Assembly: GCF_009914755.1 (NCBI RefSeq)
Contig: NC_060925.1
DNA length: 64,000 nucleotides
Direction: 5' to 3' (one strand)
Origin: the human T2T-CHM13v2.0 reference genome, Homo sapiens
The notes below the pieces were generated by a model, which was given only the letters and a program-made list of their open reading frames with translations, searched no databases and was not told the DNA's origin. Shown here piece after piece: positions 53,482 to 64,000 of this stretch. The stretch's first letter is position 1. Each line of letters begins with the position of its first letter. The position numbers and the translations under genes were made by a program.

Positions 53482-54542
53482 GGCCCAGAATTGCATAACA
53501 TCATCTATGAATAAAGCTCTTTTTGTCCTAAAGTCTCCCTCTCTTTGTATTTCAGACTGATGTCCACCAGACTGGTGGTGAGAGGAGAATGAGTGGGTGA
53601 CCCGAAGGCTACCATGCCACCACTTCTGCTTTCTCTTTTTCTATCTCAACACCCTTCAAATATACAATAACCACAGCCACACTGCCGTCCCCCAAATGCT
53701 TCTTTGAGTAAAAATTCAAGCCTCCTTGAACATTAACTCGTGGAAATGTATATACGTGTGTTGGGGTAGGATGGAGAAGCAGATGGATGGAAACCTTCTT
53801 ACCTTGAAGTGCATGAGCTGAGTGGGGAAGAAAATGAAATATTGGAGACAGCTGGCTAGGCTCTTCCTGTAAGGGTGTCCAGTTCTCTTCATCCAATGGG
53901 CCAGGCTGTTTCCCAGGTTGTCAGAGGGTAAATCCTCTTCCTCGTCAGCCAGTCTACAGTGTGGCTGACTGCAATGTCTGCTTCACTGACTTCCAGAACA
54001 AACACACTGATGAACGTTTTCAGCAGCTCTTTACTGAAGCGTTCATGTAATTGCTCTCTAACCACAGAGTCAGGAGACGAGGGCAGTGAAATTGTGGCGC
54101 TTGGGCACTGCACATAGGCCTTTAGGATATTCCAAGTGGACACCTTATTGTTCACTAATTCACCCCATGCTCTGTGCCCATCCTTTTAAAGCCCTTCCCC
54201 ATCTGTGTTCCCAGCATCATTCTTATCCCCTTCCATTTTCCTCCAATAGGCCTTGAAATTCAACACCCTGGCCAGAATAATGGAGCCATAGTATCCCTGA
54301 CGTGTCCAGCAAATTCTGAGACGATGGGTCTCAGGCCTTTCCTGCCTATCATGGCTTTTTCCTTCTCTCCAGTCTTTCCCAGAACACAGAATAAACTTTC
54401 ACATAGAGCCTGCTGGTTCTGCTGAAAGCACTTCCCCCTCCCCTCACCACCTGCCTTCCTTACCCTTCTCAGATGCTTTCCTTTGTAAGACACTGTGCCT
54501 AATCTTTGTGGTGGGTTTATATTTCTCCTTCTCAGCATACCT

Positions 54543-54834
54543 TTTTTTTTTTTTTTTTAATTTGAGACAGAGTCTTGCTCTGTTGCTCAGACTAGAGGGC
54601 AGTGGTGGGATCTTGGCTCACTACAGCCTCTGCCTCCAGGGTTTAAGCAATTCTACTGCCTCAGCCTAATGTAGCTGGGATTACAGGTGCACACCACCAT
54701 GCACAGCTAATTTTTGTCTTTTTAGTAGAGATGGGGTTTTACCATGTTGGCCAGGCTGGTCTCAAACTCCTGACCTCAAGTGATCTTCCTGCCTTGGCCT
54801 CCCAAAGTGCTGGGATTACAGGTGTGAGCCCAGC
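54543..54834 (-). mobile_element. AluSz/Sx
   Basis: poly-T, 'gagacagagtcttgctctg..cctgacctcaagtgatc..ccaaagtgctgggattacaggtgtgagcc'. Confidence 0.93.
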
Positions 54835-55197
54835 CTCCACTTACCTTTGACCTTGGTGTTTTGTTTTGTTTTTGAGAATGTTCCTGGCCTTATTTGTTAA
54901 AGACACACTTGATCCCTCCCTGCCTGGATTATATTCTGAAATTCTAAATTTCCTTAGATTAATTCACATGAATAGCACCAAATCCAAATCTCTTTTTTCT
55001 AGCCCCCGAATTTCTTTCTGACACACGACTGTGGGTGGAGGAGGGAGGAGGACTCAAGGGTCAGTTTTCACCCGATAGCAGTAGAGGCTGTGCTACTTAA
55101 GGAGGGTGGGGTGGGATCTGTACCTTGAGAGTGCATGTTAAGTTTTAAACATGTTCTTTCGTCTTATGAAAAAAATTACTGAAGACACTAAACCTTT

Positions 55198-55550
55198 GTC
55201 TTAGGTTGAGTCCCTCAGAAGCAGCCCCTGAGACAACGATCTGAGCATAACTCATTCATTTGGAAGGTGGTCTCAGGAAACACTAACAGGGGAATGAAGA
55301 AGTGAGTCTGGAAGAGGATGAAAGGAAGCCACAAAGTGTGCGGGGCTCCCTCTCCTCCCAAACCCTGGGAGACTGAGGAAATTACCACAGAGGTGTTGCC
55401 CAAGGACTGGGAATGGTGGCCATTTTTCTCCTCCTCCATTATTGAGTGCTGCTCCAGGAGGGATTAACTCCCCCAGCATTTCTGGCAGCCCCTGCCCTCT
55501 GTTAGAAACCAGACCCCTGGGGCAGAGCCCTAGGTACTTGAGGTTAGGCG
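55198..55550 (-). mobile_element. LTR16 (16C-like) ERVL LTR
   Basis: 'tgtcttaggttgagtccctcagaagcagcccctgagacaa..tttggaaggtggtctcaggaaacac..gctgctccagg..ttaactccccagca'. Confidence 0.75.
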
Positions 55551-56779
55551 CCAATAGCTTATATTAGGACAGTCACAGCCCCAGCAGAGGGGAATGGGCA
55601 GGACACTCACTTCCCCATCTGTTGTGCCCTATTCAAAGACATGAATAGAAACACACTTTTATACTTTACTGGTCAGTGACCCAGAAATGCAGGGAACCCT
55701 CCTTCCCTTTGGTCAGAAACTACTCCATGCGGTTTGCTGGTGTGATTTTCAAAATGAAAGTCCTTCCCACACCCCCTCCACAGAGAAGGGTCCAGTGAGG
55801 AGGGAGGAAGTCTGCTGGAGTTTTATATCACCTACAGTCAGTGTTCTTTGTTTTGATAACTCCTAAGAAAGTAGTTAGTGTCTGATTAATGAAAATAAAT
55901 ATTTATTAAATGGAAGAATAAATAAAGAAACTGGGACTGAAGCCAAGGACACCTGATCCCAAGAGTTGTGTTCTTTTCATTTCATTCAGTCTTTACCTTG
56001 TTAGGGAATCCCTGAGCTAGGGAGACTGGAAACAGTGGTTGCCACCAGTGGTGGCAACGAAGTGTCCCTCACTGGGAATTTGCAGCCTTGGCTGATAATG
56101 CTTTTGTGTCTCTACAACTGGGACCTGTAAATTGGCCTGCTAACCTCACCAGAATGCAAAAAACCCCACTCTATTAAGGGCTGTTGAAAAATCAACCAAA
56201 ATGTCAACACTCTTAATAACAGATCTATTAATAATTCAAATGTTTTAGTAACAATATAAGCATTTCCTCACATTATATCAGAAAATTTGACAATGTTTGC
56301 CCATATTTATAATTGTGGTGGCTTTACTTTTCAGAAACAGTATGATTATTAAGCACAAATGCATTTGTTTCTGCACTGAATAGCCTGGCTTGACGAAAAT
56401 ATTCCAAAGCCAATAGCTCTTATTTAAATAAATAAAATTTGTCTAGAAAACTTCTGAATTCATTCCAAGAAAAGGGAAGCTATGTTTAGCATAGAGCTAG
56501 TGCTGTTTATGTGTTTTTGTTTCTTATAATTCTTTCATAACTGGTTATGGATGGTAACTTTCTATTCGGGATGCATTCTATTCCGCTGGCTGTAATAGGT
56601 AACAGAGTTTCCATGGTGTAAATTTGCATACACATTATGTAGTTCACATGCATGCACATTTACACACTTACTACATTTGTTTATTCAACAACTACTTATT
56701 TGCTGATTAACGCTTTTGTCATTAAATGTACAAACTTATTTGAGGGCCACAATAAGATAATTGCTCTGTTAAAAAGGAA

Positions 56780-56970
56780 AACACAGTCTTTGTCTTAAGA
56801 AAGACCTAATTCAAATCCCATTAGCTGCTTAACATTGAGTAAGTGACTTACACCCTTCAACTGTCAGTTTCTACATCTGTCAGATTGTGATAGATAATCC
56901 TTACTGCATGATTGATGAAGGTTAAATTAGATAATACATGTGAGTAAATTAGTACTTAATTCTATGAATG
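56780..56970 (+). mobile_element. MIR SINE
   Basis: 'gacctaattcaaatccca..gtaagtgactta..tcagtttctacatctgt..gaaggttaaattagataatacatgtg'. Confidence 0.75.
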
Positions 56971-58089
56971 ACTTTATAAGGTTGATATTACTATGCATAT
57001 TTTTACAGAGAAGTCAATCGAGATTCTCCCAAATATGAGTCCTCCAATTTGCACAGAATGGCACCTATGTAGCTAACCCACTGAGGGCACATTCTGATTT
57101 TGCCCTCAGTGTGTTATTTAATGGGTTACTGAGTGAGATCTGACATCTCACTTTAAAGTTTTCAGGGTTACATAGAAGTAGCAAGAAGATTCCTCTTATC
57201 TCAGATGACACTACAATTGTTCTTATCAGGGAAGAGACATAGAATCTCTTTTTTATCAGTTAGATACTCATTAAGGTTAGCAAACTTTTATTGATTAGTG
57301 AAGGAGTGTGTGGCTGGTTAAAGGGATAGTAGCAGCTTAACTGTTAACTGCGAAGCAGGGGACGCCTAAACACTTCTCTAAAAGTATTTTTATATATTTT
57401 TTGCTGGGTTTCATTAAACATCCAGCATCAAGGCCTAAGAAGGCTGTTTAAATATTTGAAAGAGGATTGATTGTGTGTTTTGACATAGTTGTCCTTTTAC
57501 AGGAGTATCAATGATTGTATGGATTGGTTGTCGGTTTGATGTACTTGCATGAGTGGTGTTGACAAAGTCAGAATATTCCTGAAAGTACATGTTTGGCTTC
57601 ACCAGCAGCATTTTGTAATATTGAGGTAAATATTTTTCTTTGTGTGTGGGAACACATTTCTAAAATGACAAAGGAAGAGAGTGAGCCTACATGATTTTTG
57701 TATACAAATATTTATCTTATAGACAACTTTTCAGGAACATTTAGTGCATAAAGCCAAGTAGATCTATATATCGATCAGGCTGGCTGGTTTCCAGGCTAGG
57801 AGAACTTGATTCCTCTCCCATAAATTCACTATTCTCTTTATAGTCCCAGGATTTTCACTGGCAGCATTTCTCCCAAGGCTACAAGGCCTTTGCCACCTAC
57901 TTGGGCATGGGCGAAGAAGAAGAAAAAAAAATAAAGGAAGAAGGAGGCATGTATAGAACATTTACAAAGCATAAAATTGTTTACCTTTGATATAATTTTT
58001 ATAAGAAACCTAGAAGAAATAATCTTTGTATTTTTTTCTTTGATTTTTGTCCTACTTTTGGCAAAAGAAAGAGGATAAGGCAGCGATGA

Positions 58090-58292
58090 GGTGGGTTTGG
58101 AGCTTGGCCCACCTGCACTCTCCTCTACCCTTTACTTGCCATCCACGTGGCCTGGCTTGAAGGAATTCTCTCCAGTCTTGAGTGCAGGCTCATTCCCTCA
58201 AAACTGGGTACAATTATACGCCATGTGGGGTTGTTGTGAAGATTAAAGAAAAGTACTCAGCAAACAGTAAGTAATTAATAATTTTTTGGCTA
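58090..58292 (+). mobile_element. MIR SINE
   Basis: 'ggggttgttgtgaagattaaaga..aaacagtaagtaattaataa'. Confidence 0.6.
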
Positions 58293-58514
58293 TTTTTAAT
58301 TTTTAACAAGAATATGATCACCTCTGGGATGGCAGAATATCTACTACTTAGAATATAGTATTAGAAATGGGCAAGTTGCTAAATTTTGTTTTTAACCTTA
58401 CTATTGACTCACCGTATACTTGGCGTTAATAATGCAGTTGTTTAAGTTACATAGAAAATTTGATGTTGTAATTTGGTGATGATAACATGGTCCTAAAGTG
58501 TTTTCAGAAAGGGA

Positions 58515-59230
58515 TTTGGAGGTAATGAGGGAGGGAACAGGTCACACAGAGCCTTGTTGACCATTCTGAGGACTTTAGCTTTGACTTTTACCACTTCAAG
58601 GTTGTAAGTAAAGGTGTAAAATGACCTGAATTATTTTTTTAATGGACTGTTCTGGTCGCTGTGTTGATAGTAGCCTATGACTGGAGGTGGGAAGGGAAAT
58701 GTAAGGGAGAAACAGGATGACCTTTCGGGCAGATAGTACAGTAAGTAATCCAGGTGAGAGTTGACAATGACTAGGATCAGTATGATTGCAGTGGAACTTT
58801 TGAGAAGTAATCATATTCTTGATATATATGTTCAAAGCAGAGACAATAGCATTGCAGATGGACTTACTGTAGGGTGCAAGAGAAAGAAATGAGTCAAAAG
58901 TCACTTCCAAGTTTTTAGCCTACGCCACTGGAAGAACACAGTTGCCCTCAGTAGGGATGAGGGGAACTGAAGTAGAGTAGATTCGGGGTGGAAGATCAGG
59001 TGTTCGTTTGGTACATACTATATTTTAAAATGTTTATTTAATTCAAGGTAGAGATGTCAAGTAGGCAGTCAGAAATGTGAAACTGCAGTTTGAAAACAAG
59101 GTCAGGCTGGAGATATAAATGTGGAAATAGCTTGCATACAGATGGCATTTAAAGCTACAGACTGGATGAGATCACCAAGAAATATGTGTGGTAAGGAAGA
59201 CAGCACCAAGGGCTGAGCCCTGGAAGAGTT
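58515..59230 (-). mobile_element. L2 (L2a-like) internal fragment
   Basis: 'aatccaggtgagag..gagtcaaaagtcacttccaagtttttagcct..gagatgtcaagtaggcagt..gactggatgagatcaccaag'. Confidence 0.8.
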
Positions 59231-59379
59231 TACTTTCATTAAATGATGTCTCCTGAAGATTAAAGGAAAAGCAGCATTATTCAAAAGAGGCCATATCTAC
59301 ATTTGATCACTTTCTTGCCTTGTAATTGCAAAAGGTTTAAGTCCTCCTGCTTTTGCCAGGATTCCGCTGAAAGAGAGGC

Positions 59380-60025
59380 TGCAATGGGACTCAGAACACA
59401 ATACCCCAAAGTATGGCATTTTGATATGCTGAGTACTTTAAACTTAAGGACATTAGAAGGGCCTTATGAGCAGGTCACTCTGACCTTCTGTTGCCTTTCT
59501 GTCTCCTGCCCCATTTTCTCCCCAAAAAGGGAGTCATAGAAACCAGAATTCCTTTTCCCCAATGTAGGTCATAGAAATTAGGATTCCTCTCCCTCAAACC
59601 AAACCATAAAGTCTACAAAGGTTACTCTTTCCCCACCCCTTGAAGATTCCAGAGGCATCCTGCCCCACACCTGAGAGGAAGGAATGCTATGCAAGGAGGT
59701 CAAGGAGAATCTGAACAGACAGGCCTCGCTGGGTTTCCCTCCTCAGTCTATTAGCACAAGTTCATACCTTGTGCAATCACATCTCTACACAGCTGTTCAT
59801 TCTTCATTGAATCTAAGCATAAAAATCGACAGCTTTCCCTTCAGAAATGAAGATCTAAAAGCCCTATCTTCATTTCTGAAGATCTAAAAGATCCTATGTC
59901 ACATAAAATTTTGATTAAATACATCTGTTATGTTTTTCTCTTGCTAACTTGCTTTTTGCTACGGGAGTTTCGACTATGACCCTTATGATCAGTGAGGAAA
60001 AGTATTAAACCTTTTAGCCCTTACA
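59380..60025 (+). mobile_element. MER39-family ERV1 solo LTR
   Basis: 'cagaacacaataccccaaagtatggca..gtcatagaaaccagaatt..aatctgaacagacaggcc..gtcacataaaattttgattaaata..cccttaca'; TG..CA ends. Confidence 0.8.
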
Positions 60026-60079
60026 ATAGTAAACACCAGATACAATTTAATCTCTTTAATTGAATGTCTCTTAACTGTC

Positions 60080-61466
<1,387 letters not shown>

Positions 61467-62504
61467 TCAAGAGAAAGTGAGTTACCATGCTGAAGTCTTT
61501 CCCAAAGGATGGGCAAGAGGTGGAGAGTTATTGTCCTCTTTCATTTGCAGCATCCAGGAACACTTTGAACAAAGCCAGTGACACACTTGCTGTGGACCTG
61601 TTGGATAGCACATTCGCCTCAGTGAAAGATGACCCCACCTAATGTACTATAAAGTGTCAGCATACAACAAGCTTGTTGTATTTTTAGATCCCAGACTCAG
61701 AGACTCCATGTATGGTATTTTCACACGGGGTGAGGTTGACCCAAAACACCACAGGCAGATTCTCTGGAGTAAAAGATTTTTAACTACATGTCAGCAATGA
61801 TTAGTTACAAAGGGAAAGAGAACTTGCCCCACTTGACACTAAATGACAGAACAATTTGACAAAAGCTAAAAACAGGAAAAAAATCAGTCCTTAAGACAAG
61901 AGGCTGATCCCCAGTAGTGTTAGGGACAAGTCTTTTGATTACATCTTTTGTCCCACGAATAATAAATCCCTACCCTCAAAAGTCTTTCTAGGCTGGTCTC
62001 CTAGATTTTGGCCTGGTGACCTCCAAAGTATAATTTGCAGAGTTAAAGGAATCTGACCTGCATTTAATATTTAGTTCCTATGTATCTCCACAAAGTATAT
62101 TCTGGAGAGGGAGCCATAGAATTTCATTATCCCTCTACATACCAGGTACAGCACAGACAACATGTTCTATAGTTTTTTAAAGACCTGGGTAGCCAGTTAA
62201 AACCCTGATTACTGAAGATGCTCTTTAAAACCTCTTGACTTAGGCCTCTAGCCTGGTTATTGTTAATAATTGTGATGCTGGCTTTCTGTGAAAGCTCAAT
62301 CACAATATTTAATCATGGGACATGCAAGGCTTTGCTAGGGATAGTGTGCAGAGACACCAGACAGGCCCCTGTCATCAGGGCTGGCATTGGGGTGGGAAGA
62401 AGCAGGACTTAAGTATAAAATGATAATCGTCATAATGATGGTAATTCAAAGTAGCATACACCAAATCACAAATGTGTGGTAGGAAGAGCAAACACAATGG
62501 AGAA

Positions 62505-62745
62505 GTAGCACATCATAAACAGAGGTTTGAGAATCAAATGTCTCTGCCCTTGAGTCCAGGTTCCATTCCTTTTTAGCTGAAACACTGGAAACTCACATAA
62601 CTTCTCTAAGCCTTCATCTCTTTATCTATAAAAAACAGATACATAAATTTCACTGCCTAAACCTGTAAGAACTAAAGGGGATCATGCCTATAAATGTTTA
62701 AGGACAGTGTCTGGCATGGAAAGCACTCAGGAAGTGTTAACTCTT
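62505..62745 (+). mobile_element. MIR SINE
   Basis: 'acataacttctctaagccttc..tctataaaa..gacagtgtctggcatggaaagcactcaggaagtgttaact'. Confidence 0.75.
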
Positions 62746-62809
62746 GGTGGCAGAAGAAGCAGTAATAGGATTTGAAATAAGCAGTGACTTCTGCAGTGGT
62801 ACATGGTGT

Positions 62810-62960
62810 GTACTTCTGGGGAGGTCCTAGGTGGAACTATAAATTTGGAAGTATTAAATAGTACTTAAAATGATGGGCTGGAGGGAGATTATTCAAGGAG
62901 AGAAAGTAGATGAAAAGGAGGATAAGGTCTCGTCTGGAGCCCTTCCGCATTCCAAAGTTC
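62810..62960 (-). mobile_element. L2 fragment
   Basis: 'tataaatttggaagtatt..tgggctggagggagattattcaaggagagaaagtaga'. Confidence 0.55.
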
Positions 62961-64000
62961 AGCATTTTGGAATTGGAACTTTTTCCTCCTTTTTCCTTTT
63001 CATTCATTTTAGAATAAACCTCTACAACATTTTACGAATTCCCCACAAATATCACAGCCATGGAATTAGAGCTCTCTACCTAAATCCTGACAGGCTTCTC
63101 CACTCACTTTCATTTCTGTCACTGTTAGTGGAACGTGGAAAAATAAGTTACATAAACTTCCGTTGGCTTATGTCATTTTAGTCCAGGTCTCCATTGTCAG
63201 GTTAAAGGTTGAAGCAATTATCTGGACAATTCAGGTAGAACTTACCAGGCCTCTGGGACCCCTTTCTCCTTCTGCTACTTTTGCCTGAGTAACCAGGGAA
63301 TCACTTCAATCCTTTTTCTGCTCATGTAACTCTGGTCTGACTACGTCTTTACCCACTGGACCTTGTCACTGAAACAAATATATCATATTGGAAACAAATA
63401 CCAGTGAGGGAAGGCATGCTCATTTCAAATGTGGGTGTATTTAATTTCCATATGGACTATGCTGTGAGCCAGTGCAAAAGGCAGCTCTAAAGCATAAGGG
63501 ATAAATGAAGGCAGACAGTCAGGAACTGAGTCCTTGTCAGAATAAAAGGAAATCAATCTCACAAAAGGTAAAGGAGATGAATTTTCTTGACAAGAGCCTG
63601 TATCACCATTTATTGTTATTTATGGCTTTTTGGGAGAATAGCTAGAATACTAAAATAAGGAACATTTTGGCCCATGTCACAAAACACCATGTGAATTTAT
63701 AGCCTCCTCGTTAGAGATATTTTTCTGATCAAGAGGCAGCACATCACCCTCATGAAAAAGGAAGTGGCGGGGAGGGGGACAGAAAAGAGATTTTTGATGG
63801 AAAAGCCTGGAAAGTTTTACTTGTTTAATTGCTTGGGTTGGGATAAATAACAGCAGAGTAAATGAAAATCGCACTAGCAAAGGATACCCTCCTGTTTGTG
63901 TGACTGAATATAAGTCCATGAAACTTATGGTGGTGCCCAAATAGAGAGAAGCCACTAGCTCTAACTCACCATTGACCGAGCCTGTCAGATCTTATCTTAA

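Noticed and set aside
52790-53600. Possible ancient LTR host around the MLT2A2, and splice acceptors at about 52332 and about 53555
   Set aside because: The similarity is too faint to name a family, and the acceptors lack a convincing paired donor or exon.
55578-55596. Additional CTCF-like strings (ccagcagagggga here; ttcagatggcagc near 44630; caacatgggggcg near 18601)
   Set aside because: Each misses key core positions.

Overview
This is 64 kb of AT-rich, CpG-poor primate genomic DNA, most likely human. AluY/S/J, L1PA, THE1 and MLT2A elements point to a primate; no human-specific subfamily was seen. It looks intergenic or deep-intronic. I can support no protein-coding gene, RNA gene, CpG island or CRISPR array. 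The supplied ORFs are short chance ORFs or translations of repeats (Alu, L1 ORF2 C-terminus, L2, CR1/L3 reverse transcriptase). Roughly half the window is recognisable interspersed repeats: about 11 Alus including one nested pair, L1, L2, L3/CR1, many MIRs, about 12 solo LTRs, and the DNA transposons MER33, Charlie1a, MER103C and MER2. There are also microsatellites. Subfamily names come from my recall of consensus sequences and need RepeatMasker/Dfam confirmation. The most notable observations are: (i) a recurring set of locally templated inverted/duplicated micro-insertions that look like template-switch scars; (ii) a head-to-head THE1C/MLT2A2 LTR pair, both carrying DUX4-type motifs; (iii) an ERV1 LTR with a perfect NF-kB site plus CCAAT and TATA boxes; (iv) a near-consensus CTCF site; (v) a ~100-nt GC-rich hairpin; (vi) two speculative unannotated exon or transcript models in repeat-poor stretches. 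I see no evidence of a novel multi-gene system.
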